DNA of 63,913 nt, the filler included, from Octopus bimaculoides (lineage: Eukaryota): the NCBI RefSeq assembly GCF_001194135.2. It is 5 parts of 5 records of this genome, joined end to end, with 100 filler letters (N's around TTAATTAATTAA, not from the genome) between each part and the next. Parts side by side here need not be neighbours in the genome. Positions count along the whole stretch, not along the records: positions 7,296 to 38,717 come from NC_068985.1; 4 more parts are not named here. One strand, 5' to 3'. This document shows, one piece after another, positions 13,641 to 26,501 of this stretch (positions are counted from its first letter, which is position 1; the number at the start of each line of letters is the position of its first letter). The position numbers and the translations under genes are program-made. The notes under the pieces are model-generated. The model saw only the letters and a program-made list of their open reading frames with translations. It had not been told where the DNA came from and made no database searches.

Positions 13641-15044
13641 AGAGAGATATGTATGTATTTATGCATGCATGTATGTCTGAATGGATGGATGGACGGACGG
13701 ACGGATGAACGGAAGGATGGATGGATGTATGGATGGATGGATGGATGGATGGATGGATGGATGGATGGACGGACGGACGGACGGACGGACGGATGGATGG
13801 ATGGATAGATAGATGGATGGATGGATGTACGCATGTATGTAAACATGTATGTATATGCGAATGCATGCTTAAATTTTTAAACATGATTCATGATCTAATG
13901 TGTATATTATTCCTTCGATGTTCTGAATAAGTTACATTTCAATATAATCCAATCTTACCGACTAAATATTTATTCCTCCTTTTGTCTCTTGCCTTCTTCA
14001 TATGTTTCCAATATACGGACATACACATGTAAATATATGCGTGCAAATGTTTAACAATCCGTAGTGTTCTAACAAGCATTTATCCTCAAACATATGCATT
14101 CATTTATCTACATATTTTTCATATTTATCAAATTATCTCATAAACTGATGCGTTTATACATACACACATATGTGTTTGTATGCGTATATATATAAATGTT
14201 TGAGTTCCAATCTTCACACCTACATCTGAATAGTTCTCTCACTGCTTTGTGTTTGTGCATATGTCTGAGTAACTCTCTTGAGAGAATATTGAATTATAGT
14301 TGCTAATATTCATTACAACCACAAACCGTTCATAATTAAGGAAGGTACCTAATATACGAATATTTCAAATGTTATCAATATACATAGTTTGTTTCATCTT
14401 TTGTAAATATATATCACATTGATATCCCATAACAGTATTTCATAGATAAAACTTAATCCATCCAAATTATATTTTGGTATAAAATTTCACGCAACGTTTG
14501 TTAACAACTCACATATTTTTTTTCAGTTCATGTCGAATAATTTATAAAAATGACTTTACAGGAAAAATTATTGATAACATAACATAGTATTATAATACAA
14601 AATATAGATAAATAAATAAACGGGTATTAATTTTATGGCTAGAAAATACACATTTTATTTTTTACGGTTTAAGAGCACGTCCCTGATATTAACTGCATTC
14701 TCATTTTCCTAATGATGAAATAAATAATTATAGTAAGAACACAATTATTAAATGTCAAAAATCAAGGGATTAAAAAGGGCTGAAAGTATTAATACTGATC
14801 GGTTTTGATAACTATATGAAGACTGTTATGAAACTTGTTTCTCTATTTTTAAGAGATTGTGAGATTGTGAGAAGATTTTGATTTGTGAGTTCAGTCTCGG
14901 CAATAAATATCTGCAAGGAATACTATGCCTCCCGTTTGTAAAAGTTATGCTTTACACACACACACACACACACGCAATCACGCGTGCACACACACACTCG
15001 CACACACACACACACGCATACACACACATATAGTTGAAATTTAT

Positions 15045-15190
15045 AGAAAAACAAACAACGAAGACAGGTGTATGAACAACAAGCAAGTGTATTCGTTTGA
15101 CGCTCGGGTAAATGAAAAAGTCTATTATATTTTAAGCCTAAGCTCTTCAACAGAAAGGGATAAGAAAATAGACAGGAGAGAATGAAAAGA
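15045..15190 (-). mobile_element. Penelope-terminus-like HHR family (copy 3, CpG-decayed)
   Basis: CCCTTT-CTGTTGA-A-GAGC-TTAG-GCTT-AAAA-TA-TA-ATAGA on the minus strand. Confidence 0.65.
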
Positions 15191-15774
15191 ACTTGTAGAT
15201 TTAAGCGTTCCAGCATGGCATATATAAATATATATATATATACATATATATATATGATTATAATAAGGGCCCAGAAATAAACCTTCCAGTCTTTATGCTG
15301 AGAAAGAGACGCCAAATTATCCCACCACTGAAAGAAGTCACAAACACGTGTTGAACTCGATGCAAGAAGCCAACAGAAATTTTTGATAAAACAATTCTGT
15401 ATTAGCTAAAAATAAAAATACCAAGAGAGAGAAGATGGAGATAAGATTAACAAAAATTTATTAATACATTGACAAGACCTACAATTGTTTCAATTCACCG
15501 CTAGTAGTATCAAAACAATCAATTTTAATTTAATTCAATTTAATCGAGTTGGTTAATTATTACAAGCCAGAAAATCATAGAGAAGAACGTACAAATAGAT
15601 TTATATATATCATATTTAAAATATAATGAAGTCATTAAATGATCAAACAGGAAAAATACAGTGTACCGTTAAATTAATACATAATATGAAAATATATACA
15701 GTTATAAAAATGCTTATTGTCATAAACTAATATAAATAACAAGTGTTAATGTAGACATGCCCATGCAAAAATAC

Positions 15775-15814
<40 letters not shown>

Positions 15815-15833
15815 NNNNNNNNNNNNNNNNNNN

Positions 15834-15885
<52 letters not shown>

Positions 15886-15889
15886 TTAG

Positions 15890-16665
15890 TTTTAGTCCAA
15901 GGAATGCAGTCATGATGGGGCACCGCCGCTTACTTTGCAGCACCCTCACTACACCTCCCGTGATCTGATTTGTGATATTTGGTGTAGGAGGGAGTTTAAC
16001 ATTGCTGCCCTCATCCGTGTTTCTTGCCTTGAGGTAGGTTCATCTGGAACTTTTGACAGAAGGACGTCCAATCTTGTTTTGAAAAAGCTTACATCCACGC
16101 CATGCAGATCTCTCAGACTTTGTGGGAGAATATTGCAGAACTGTGGGCTTTTGAAGCTCTTGCAGTATCCGGTTCTGTATCCTGATGACAATGTTGTTTA
16201 TATGACTGACAAAGTTTGGTACAAGTTTCTTTAGGATTGTCCAGAAGTATATTACTGTATCTCTTTCCCGCTTTCGCTCCAGGGAGTCAAGCCTGAACTA
16301 TTTCAGTCTCTCCCAGTAGCGGATATGTCGCATTTGTCGATCTTCATTTAGCTTTGCTGGATCACCTCGAGTTCCGTCGTTAATTTTACACTGTTAGGTG
16401 ACCAAAGTCGGGAACAGTAACCCTGACGACCGAGAACGTAAGTCCTCCAAATGACCATTATAGTTTCTTTGTTTCTCTTGTTTTGAAAGTTCCAAGGATC
16501 TATCCTGTCAGATGTCTACATTGTAGTGCCAGGTAGGTGATGTGCACTTGGAAAGATGCAACATTACTCATGTCGATGCTCAAGTCACGCACCGATTTGG
16601 ATTTGGGAATTGGAATCCTTCTTGGGCCAGTGTATCCATTCTGCTTCTCATCAAGCTTCCTATGT
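15890..16665 (-). mobile_element. CR1-like LINE 3' fragment (end of RT and C-terminus)
   Basis: PQFCNILPQSLRDLHGVDVSFFKTRLDVLLSKVPDEP and YTGPRRIPIPKSKSVRDL; same family as 36539-37331. Confidence 0.85.
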
Positions 16666-16689
16666 TGACAGGGCTTGGAGTAAACTTAT

Positions 16690-17400
16690 TCAATAAAATC
16701 GCCATTGGCTTCTATCACATCCTGCAGACGACTTCGGAATCTCCTGTAACTCTTCTGGACGGTCTCCTTGTTTAAGTTGGTGAATGCAAACATAATCCTT
16801 GCCTTCAGTTAATCTTTGATGTTACTATGAGTTTTGTTGGATTCTCGCTCAACTGCACCACACACATAATAATTAAGGAAGTTGCAGTTTGGAGAGTCAT
16901 GTAGCCAGATGTTAGGAGTGATGGGGTCCCAGAAATTGTCTGGCAGTCATAATTGGGTTCCCCTGCTTGTGTAGCATGGTGCAGGGTCCTGTTGTCAGAC
17001 ATAGGGTCTTCCAGCAGCACCACCTCCTAACTCCTCCACGCTATTGATGTAGGCCTTCGTGTTGAGTCATAGGCCGTGTGAGAAGATGCCTCAAGGCATA
17101 ACGTCGCCGTCTCTAGTGATCACCCCAAAAGCCATGATGTTGACGGGTAGTTTGGCTTTTATAACTCTAAGTATATGTCCTCAGTCTGACACCCAAACAC
17201 CTTGAAAGGTTCGTATTGGAGTTTCCGGCGCAAATGCCAAGTAATACGGCAGGTTGCTTCAAAATTTCTGGTAGAGTCAACTGCGTCATGTTGCACTTTT
17301 CTCACAGAAGGTACCCAGTTGACCTTCCTATATTATGTAGTCGCCAAATTCAAAATCGAACGTTGAGCATGCGCGAAATTAAGAATATGAAATGGTGACA
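16690..17400 (-). mobile_element. Decayed DD37D (maT-like) Tc1/mariner transposase
   Basis: KLPVNIMAFGVITRDGDVM...QQDPAPCYTS...IWLHDSPNCNFLNYYVCGAVE...VIEANGDFIE with stops. Confidence 0.85.
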
Positions 17401-17424
17401 ATGCACACATCAGCGCTTGTATGT

Positions 17425-17826
17425 GTTCTTTTATTCTTTTATTCTTTTATTTGTTTCAGTCATTTGACTGCGGCCATGCTGGATTACCGGCTTTATTCGA
17501 ACAAATCGATCCCGGGACATATTTTTTGTAAGCCTAGTACTTATTCTATCGGTCTATTTTGCCGAACCGCTAATTTGCAGGGATGTAAAAACATCAGCAT
17601 AGGTTGTCAAGCGTGGGTGACAAACACAGACACACAAACATATNNNNNNNNNNATATATATGTACGTACGACGGACTTCTTTCAGTTTCCGTCTACCAAG
17701 TCAACTCACAAGGCTTTGTCGGCCTGAGACTATAGCAGAAGACACTTGCCCAAGGTGCCGCACAGTGGGACTGAACCCTGAACCATGTCGTTGGTAAGCT
17801 ACTTACCACAGTCACTCCTGCGGCTA
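17425..17826 (-). mobile_element. SINE family A
   Basis: Reverse-complement full SINE with a small gap in its microsatellite. Confidence 0.85.
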
Positions 17827-17934
17827 TATATGGCAAATCCATAAAATCGAAAAACAAACACAAGAAAAAAACAACGCAAGCACATGGTACATGGAAAGTA
17901 TACATTCAAACTATAAGGGAAGGAAAGAAGAGTG

Positions 17935-17970
17935 ATTTTTACGTTTCGAACACAGCTCTTCGTCCGAAAC
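17935..17970 (-). ncRNA. Degenerate minimal type I HHR motif (core CGGACGA)
   Basis: GTTT-CGGACGA-A-GAGC-TGT-GTTC-GAAA-CG-TA-AAAAT; same architecture as 5219-5255. Confidence 0.5.
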
Positions 17971-18010
17971 AAGAAACGAAGGTAAAAATCCCCAACGATC
18001 CACATATATA

Positions 18011-18064
<54 letters not shown>

Positions 18065-18088
18065 CGTGCGTGAGTGCGTGTGTGTGTA

Positions 18089-18135
<47 letters not shown>

Positions 18136-19959
18136 CTGCATGTACATATATATATATATATGTATGCATATATGTATATATTTATACATATACACACACA
18201 CATACACATACACACACATGTATATATATATGTATGTATTTACGTATATATGTATACATATATAGATAGATAGATAGATAGATATACAGATATACATTCA
18301 TACCCATGCTCACACATACACAAACACACACGTACGCACACATACATAATACATAACATAATACATACATACATACATGCATATATACATCCATCCATCC
18401 ATCCATCCATCCATACATATTAGTGCATATATATATANNNNNNNNNNNNNNNNNNNNNNNNNNNNNNNNNNNNNNNNNNNNNNNNNNNNNNNNNNNNNNN
18501 NNNNNNNNNNNNNNNNNNNNNNNNNNNNNNNNNNNNNNNNNNNNNNNNNNNNNNNNNNNNNNNNNNNNNNNNNNNNNNNNNNNNNNNNNNNNNNNNNNNN
18601 NNNNNNNNNNNNNNNNNNNNNNNNNNNNNNNNNNNNNNNNNNNNNNNNNNNNNNNNNNNNNNNNNNNNNNNNNNNNNNNNNNNNNNNNNNNNNNNNNNNN
18701 NNNNNNNNNNNNNNNNNNNNNNNNNNNNNNNNNNNNNNNNNNNNNNNNNNNNNNNNNNNNNNNNNNNNNNNNNNNNNNNNNNNNNNNNNNNNNNNNNNNN
18801 NNNNNNNNNNNNNNNNNNNNNNNNNNNNNNNNNNNNNNNNNNNNNNNNNNNNNNNNNNNNNNNNNNNNNNNNNNNNNNNNNNNNNNNNNNNNNNNNNNNN
18901 NNNNNNNNNNNNNNNNNNNNNNNNNNNNNNNNNNNNNNNNNNNNNNNNNNNNNNNNNTCATATTTCATTAGTTCTATAACAAATATATCAAGCAATGAAG
19001 AAATATGAGCATAATGTTGTAATTGGTGTATCGAAATATTTCCTGAATGTGTGTGTTTCAGTTGTTGATTTCTTCTGCTTGCAGGATTTGTTTTCCGTCA
19101 TGTGTCACTCTCCTTCCATTTTTCTCTCTCTCTATCTCTCACACTTTATCTCTCTACGTATCTATATAACACTTTCTCTCTCTGTCAGTCTATCTATCTA
19201 TTTATGTATCACCTCCTCCCCTCTCTCGCTCCCTCTCTCTCTCTCCCTCTCTCTCTCTCTCTCTACGCTTGGCAGTGTATCTCTCTTATTCTGGGTTTGT
19301 TTTTCTCTAACTCATCTGGGATTTTGAAACAATCAACATGAATTGGAGTAAAGAACCAAGCAAGAAATCAAAATACTCTTCGAGGAGTCATAAACAAATA
19401 CGAAGATTTTTATGAAATATTTCATTGCTCTCTACTCCCCCAACTGACCCTTCTATTTCTGAATCAGTTCGTGTTCTTCTCTTACTCATTATATCGTTCT
19501 GTCTCTCACCCCTCTCTCCTCTTTCTCTTTCTCTCTCTCTTTCCATCTCTTTTCCTCTCTCTCTCTTTCATTTCTCTCTCCGATCAATTTTAAAGAAAAA
19601 TAAGTTTGACAACAGGCAATTATTTAAATTACTTCAGGTTATAAAATAATGGTAATACTAATGCCGTTATGCAAGCATCAACATATTCTTTAATGTTTCG
19701 TTTAATATAAGCATTGATATATGGTGAAATGTATATTTTTTTATACGCTTCAATGTATCAAATATGGTTGTATATCTCGACCAATTGGTGATTTACACTA
19801 AAGCAAAATGTCCGCGGATTGTGCTGAAAGTGGAATAACGTTTTTATTAACTGATATAGCTCGTTCAAACTGTTTCTTAGTAGTGTAACTGTTCCTCTAT
19901 AGTAATGCTTCCTCTTGCACACCATTGCAACCAAATAATACGTTCTAAGTTTGTACTTG

Positions 19960-20820
19960 CTATCTAAGTTTGTAAATGCTATCCGTGAGCTTTTTGTTAC
20001 AGGCCAATGCAGGCTGTCCGACATACTTAGATGACTATACATAGGATATTTGTAGAGAAGACACTTTTAACAACAGTAATGTGAATAGTTACGGGAACAA
20101 TTTCAAGGAAAAGAAACCAGCAGAGCAGACAGATCACGCCGTTCGAGATCATCAGCTCTGAAAACTGACACAATTCGCCAGTGAGTATATGAAATGATGT
20201 TACAATCGGTAATCTTGCTGCACAGGTAGATTGTCTTCACAATGTGATACCAGAAATGGGAGACTCGTTCGTTGACAGCTGATGGGTAGCGTGGATTTCT
20301 GCTAGTGGGAATTCCAGCAAATTGTAGCATGATTTACTTCGATATGGTGACAGGACATGAAACAAAGGCGTATGTCTGATAGAGAAACGATGTCTCAATT
20401 CATGAAATGGTGTCACAAGCTTAATAACGGACTAAAATTCCATTCCCAAAAGCAAGCTATCGGCATAATTATGTGACTATTTGGGTGTGATGTGAATGAT
20501 GGAGGTGGCATCCGCATAGCGAGCGGTACACTGAGACGCTCAAAAAACTAGAAAAGCTGTTCAGAGGAAGAGACCGAAAACGCACCTGAAAACTGTCCAT
20601 ATTCATCATGGCAATGTGCAACTACACACATCTTTTGCAAGAAAATAGAAATTCAGCAAATTAGGTAAGTCGGTAGTCCTCTATCCATTATACACCTTCG
20701 ATATCGATCTCACGAACTATGAACTCCGCTTCTGCGATCAGCTGAATGACAATCGTCGAGGAAGAGGATACAAAAGAACGGACTAAGTAAAATAGCTATG
20801 AAGAAATGAGTATAACTTTA
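19960..20820 (+). mobile_element. Heavily decayed mariner transposase
   Basis: NAIRELFVTG..DICREDT..FKE (HTH-like), MVTGHET (IVTGDETW-like), YTETLKKL..RKRP..IHHGNVQLHT (LHDNARPH-like), VLYPLYTFD (HPPYSPD-like). Confidence 0.75.
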
Positions 20821-20952
20821 CGTCCCAGAACATTTTTTAAGAAAATTTATCAGATAGGCGCAGGAGTGGCTGTGTGGTAAGTAGCTTTTATTATAGGAAA
20901 AAAAATCAAAACCAAGGCAGAACGAGTATCTCAAGTTATTTAACATAACTTA

Positions 20953-21128
20953 AATTGAAGTCTTACAGCCGATTCTGGGATAATGCCAGTGATAGGTTAG
21001 CATGTCCATGCACCGAGTATTCCGTCATGAGAGACAAGGTATGAATATTTTAGGCGGGGAAGAATTTACACTTTATATGTTAACCTACCTCTTCGGTTAT
21101 CCCAGAAACGGCCGTAAGACGTCATATT
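20953..21128. repeat. Imperfect inverted repeat (arms about 53 bp) with a GAAAC-GGCC-GTA half-HHR motif
   Basis: 20953-21005 pairs with 21075-21128. Confidence 0.75.
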
Positions 21129-21231
21129 AACACCGGTTGTCGGATGCTGTTTTGAGAAAATCTAACACCTGACGAATACACACACATACATACACGCGCG
21201 CAAACACACGCACACACACATACAAATATAT

Positions 21232-21358
21232 ATTTACGATGGGCTTCGCTATTCTCGACTACCAGATCTACTCACAGACATTTGATGAAGTTGCCGCGCA
21301 GTGGCACTGAATCCAGGACCACATACTTGTGGTGCAAACGTCGTACCACATAGCCATA
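21232..21358 (-). mobile_element. Decayed SINE family A, 5' half
   Basis: gccgcgcagtggcactgaatccaggaccacat...accacatagcc matches the reverse-complemented head. Confidence 0.65.
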
Positions 21359-21505
21359 AACTTTATGCAGCTAGAACCACGTAATCCACTATGATATACG
21401 CACTTTTAGGCATTTGAGTGGGATTTTAGTGAATTGTGGCTGCTGTTTCCAGCAAGAACTGTTTGTCTTCACATTCCGGCTTAAAACTCTACCAAGGCTG
21501 ATTTT

Positions 21506-21861
21506 TCGATAAGCCAGCTGGAGGAGATGTCCTCCTGGGGCTAAAAGCAACAGTAACATCCACCCCTAGGGGTCAGCCACACTTAAGTGGCAATATACTA
21601 CACTTTATCGTGCAGTTACTGTTAATACTTCATATAGAGAATTAACATTGCTTGTTTTCACCTTTTCAATATCAGTGAAGAATGTCACTGGAAAAGAAGA
21701 TATAAGGTTTGCCAGATTTGTCTCTCTCACCAAGGTCATCAGCTGTCGAACGCCGACGAAGGGAAATAACCCTGAAATCCGGATACGTTCGTGCTGCTGG
21801 TCGAGGTGAGAGGGATAACTCCCTTGGCAAACAGGACACAGTCGTGTGTCGATAAGCCAGC
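21506..21861 (+). mobile_element. Retrozyme-like structured repeat unit (period 343 nt), truncated by a gap
   Basis: tcgataagccagc at 21506-21518 recurs at 21849-21861 immediately before an 836-N gap; contains an HHR and many hairpins. Confidence 0.55.
21734..21802 (+). ncRNA. Type I hammerhead ribozyme with extended helix I (core CCGACGA)
   Basis: CGAACG-CCGACGA-AGGG-AAATAA-CCCT-GAAA-T-CCGG-A-TA-CGTTCG; 6-bp helix I extended by GGTCATCAGC/GCTGCTGGTC; predicted cleavage after 21785 (AUA). Confidence 0.8.
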
Positions 21862-22696
21862 NNNNNNNNNNNNNNNNNNNNNNNNNNNNNNNNNNNNNNN
21901 NNNNNNNNNNNNNNNNNNNNNNNNNNNNNNNNNNNNNNNNNNNNNNNNNNNNNNNNNNNNNNNNNNNNNNNNNNNNNNNNNNNNNNNNNNNNNNNNNNNN
22001 NNNNNNNNNNNNNNNNNNNNNNNNNNNNNNNNNNNNNNNNNNNNNNNNNNNNNNNNNNNNNNNNNNNNNNNNNNNNNNNNNNNNNNNNNNNNNNNNNNNN
22101 NNNNNNNNNNNNNNNNNNNNNNNNNNNNNNNNNNNNNNNNNNNNNNNNNNNNNNNNNNNNNNNNNNNNNNNNNNNNNNNNNNNNNNNNNNNNNNNNNNNN
22201 NNNNNNNNNNNNNNNNNNNNNNNNNNNNNNNNNNNNNNNNNNNNNNNNNNNNNNNNNNNNNNNNNNNNNNNNNNNNNNNNNNNNNNNNNNNNNNNNNNNN
22301 NNNNNNNNNNNNNNNNNNNNNNNNNNNNNNNNNNNNNNNNNNNNNNNNNNNNNNNNNNNNNNNNNNNNNNNNNNNNNNNNNNNNNNNNNNNNNNNNNNNN
22401 NNNNNNNNNNNNNNNNNNNNNNNNNNNNNNNNNNNNNNNNNNNNNNNNNNNNNNNNNNNNNNNNNNNNNNNNNNNNNNNNNNNNNNNNNNNNNNNNNNNN
22501 NNNNNNNNNNNNNNNNNNNNNNNNNNNNNNNNNNNNNNNNNNNNNNNNNNNNNNNNNNNNNNNNNNNNNNNNNNNNNNNNNNNNNNNNNNNNNNNNNNNN
22601 NNNNNNNNNNNNNNNNNNNNNNNNNNNNNNNNNNNNNNNNNNNNNNNNNNNNNNNNNNNNNNNNNNNNNNNNNNNNNNNNNNNNNNNNNNNNNNNN

Positions 22697-22749
<53 letters not shown>

Positions 22750-22750
<1 letters not shown>

Positions 22751-23099
22751 GACCGGCTTGGACCTGGTGGTAATGTTGGCTGGTGTGATTTTGTGGTTTG
22801 CTGGTATGCCGAGAGAAATCCAGCTTTATTTCTCATATTGCCTACGTACAGCTGTCTTTGCTCTTGACTCGTGTTCTCGATTCTGTTCATCTCTATCTCT
22901 CTTATTGTGAAAATACACTTCTCTTAGGTCCTAGTTCATTTGTTCTATCCTTTGCTGATTTCTTTCCCTCCTATGCCGTAGGATACGCCCTTCCTCCTCT
23001 TGACTTATTTCGTTTCTTCTCGTGATTTTTATTCCTTATATCCTCCCGCTGTTCCTCACGCAACCGTTCTTGTGCTGCGTCCCTCAAGCGATTATCCAT
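22750..23099 (-). pseudogene. Charged R/E/Q-rich coding remnant (about 116 codons, 2 stops), probably TE-derived
   Basis: MDNRLRDAAQERLREEQREDIRNKITRRNEISQEEEGRILRHRRERNQQRIEQMN*DLREVYF...; no family identified. Confidence 0.3.
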
Positions 23100-23922
23100 A
23101 TTTTAAAACTTGTTATTAAAACAATGAATCTCCAAATAGATTCACAGTGTTTCAATTGAAAAGCATATACAAATGTATTAGACAGGTTTTGTTTAAAAGG
23201 TGAACATATTTCTGAAATACTCACATATTATGTAAGGACACGGCATATAGGATACGGTAATTAATTACATTGTAGGAAAGGAAACAGCAAAGGGGCAAAT
23301 AGAATTAATATTTTTTGATTTTGTTCGGCGCTATGTATTTAATTTTGTTAAATGCTTTCATCAATTGCTCGATACAAGAAAAAAGAAATTGGAAAAATCC
23401 TGACTAAAACAGAGCAATTCTAACTTAACAAAAATATAGAATGAGAGAGTTGTATTTATTTCCACCACGCGACACTAAATATCGCACAGACACACATATC
23501 TACATTTCTCTATGTGTGTGCCTGATTGGTAAGGTGGATGCCTCTTCATATGCTGCTTCAATCTGGAAATTAAGACCTACGAGAAAACTATTCTATATTT
23601 TTCTACATATTACGTCTCATTGTAGTATGTTTCGCCAGAGTTTTCTGATCTCACTGCCGCTGCTGATATTCAAGTTCAAATGCCGTGAGCTGATGCCTGT
23701 GATGAAGTCATTTGCTGGAACATTTGCTGGAACCAGTCGAAATGAATAATATATGTACGCACTTGTTATCTCACACAAACACACACATACACAATCTATG
23801 CAAGTATATGCACGTGATCGTGTGTGTACTATGCATGTACGTATGCATATAACTCCCTTCTGTGAATATATCTCTATACATGCATGTATATGTACGTATA
23901 TGAATATATGTATCTCTCTCTC

Positions 23923-23957
<35 letters not shown>

Positions 23958-25472
23958 TTGCATATATATATATATATATATATATNNNNNNNNNNNNNNN
24001 NNNNNNNNNNNNNNNNNNNNNNNNNNNNNNNNNNNNNNNNNNNNNNNNNNNNNNNNNNNNNNNNNNNNNNNNNNNNNNNNNNNNNNNNNNNNNNNNNNNN
24101 NNNNNNNNNNNNNNNNNNNNNNNNNNNNNNNNNNNNNNNNNNNNNNNNNNNNNNNNNNNNNNNNNNNNNNNNNNNNNNNNNNNNNNNNNNNNNNNNNNNN
24201 NNNNNNNNNNNNNNNNNNNNNNNNNNNNNNNNNNNNNNNNNNNNNNNNNNNNNNNNNNNNNNNNNNNNNNNNNNNNNNNNNNNNNNNNNNNNNNNNNNNN
24301 NNNNNNNNNNNNNNNNNNNNNNNNNNNNNNNNNNNNNNNNNNNNNNNNNNNNNNNNNNNNNNNNNNNNNNNNNNNNNNNNNNNNNNNNNNNNNNNNNNNN
24401 NNNNNNNNNNNNNNNNNNNNNNNNNNNNNNNNNNNNNNNNNNNNNNNNNNNNNNNNNNNNNNNNNNNNNNNNNNNNNNNNNNNNNNNNNNNNNNNNNNNN
24501 NNNNNNNNNNNNNNNNNNNNNNNNNNNNNNNNNNNNNNNNNNNNNNNNNNNNNNNNNNNNNNNNNNNNNNNNNNNNNNNNNNNNNNNNNNNNNNNNNNNN
24601 NNNNNNNNNNNNNNNNNNNNNNNNNNNNNNNNNNNNNNNNNNNNNNNNNNNNNNNNNNNNNNNNNNNNNNNNNNNNNNNNNNNNNNNNNNNNNNNNNNNN
24701 NNNNNNNNNNNNNNNNNNNNNNNNNNNNNNNNNNNNNNNNNNNNNNNNNNNNNNNNNNNNNNNNNNNNNNNNNNNNNNNNNNNNNNNNNNNNNNNNNNNN
24801 NNNNNNNNNNNNNNNNNNNNNNNNNNNNNNNNNNNNNNNNNNNNNNNNNNNNNNNNNNNNNNNNNNNNNNNNNNNNNNNNNNNNNNNNNNNNNNNNNNNN
24901 NNNNNNNNNNNNNNNNNNNNNNNNNNNNNNNNNNNNNNTATATATATATATATATATATAATGCTTATATTCATATATATTCATACATATACATACACAC
25001 ACATATACTGAGAGAGATGTGAGAAGAGAAAGTGATGTCTCGCTGTAGTATACAAGATATTCTCGTTATTTATTCAAAGGAGAATACACAATATTCATAT
25101 CATAAAAATATCTTCGTAATATTATACAATTCTGCATAGTATAATTTGCGTGTTATTGCCAGAGACATAAATTAAAAGAAAACGAGACCATACGTAAATA
25201 GAAAAACTACAATTAACTTCTTAAGTATATTGAAAGAAAACACTTGTTATCATGAAGTGTTGTTCAGAAAAAATAAATAAATAAACTGAAATTAATATGC
25301 TTTCGAAATTCTGTTTGTTTTTCTTCTTTCCGCCTGACACATGTGCACATAAATACATGTATGCAAGCACACACACAAACACACACACACACACACAGAC
25401 CCACACACACACGATTGTGCAGGTGTTATATATGTATGGTTATATATATATATGTGTGTGTGTGTATGTGTG

Positions 25473-25514
<42 letters not shown>

Positions 25515-25701
25515 TGTGTGTTTATGTATACATATACTGTGTGTAGATATATATATCTATATATGTATGTTTATATGAATACATATACTGTGTATATATA
25601 CATACATACATACGTATATACATGCATGCATACATACATACATACATAAATACATAAATACATACATAAATACATACATACACACTTACATGCATACATA
25701 T

Positions 25702-25752
<51 letters not shown>

Positions 25753-25794
25753 CATAAGCAAACATAAATGCATAAATATGGGCTGCACGAAAAA

Positions 25795-25838
<44 letters not shown>

Positions 25839-26501
25839 TTCCTGCCCTCAACCCAATGTAGAAACAATGAAAGACAATAAAACAGGTGTATATATGTGTA
25901 CATGTTCGAGTTATACTATTTCCGTTCAACATACTTCCATCCTGCCAGCCATACGTTTATTCACACATCTACAAGCACAGACTAATAACGCACACGCCTA
26001 AATGAAATATTAGTAGCGTGTATATATCTGCATAGATTGCTTCTTGTAAAGGCATATTGCATCGCTACATGTATATATGTGATACTGTCTATAATGCTTC
26101 TCAAATTAATATTCCCGTTTTTCTTTTTCTATCTTATGTTATGATTCTCATTGTGTTTCTTACATCATCACCGTTTTTTAATCCATTTTTTTAATCATAA
26201 TATTGTCGAAAAACAAATATCAGGTTTATTTATATTCTATTTTTGAAATATAATGTAACATTAAGGTGAAATATAAATAAAAAGACTTGTCTCCCGAACT
26301 GATTGATAACGTTGCAACCAATTATAGGAACAATTGATGGAATATCGATAAAAGAAAACTAATTTCCTTACGTTGATTTACCTTTTCTTTTTCAGGTTTT
26401 TCTAATACTTTGCTTCTAAACATGTAATATCTAAGCGATTAAAGGCTATATTTTAGGCTGATATTTGGCGAAACCGGTTCAGATTTCAATTACCACTTTA
26501 C

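Noticed and set aside
19758-20042. Minus ORF as an Fn3-like exon, or plus-strand YLDD as a Gypsy RT
   Set aside because: Overlaps sequence better explained as the mariner N-terminus on the plus strand.
23615-23665. Minus-strand hairpin followed by GAAACATA as an HHR
   Set aside because: No recognisable CUGANGA core.
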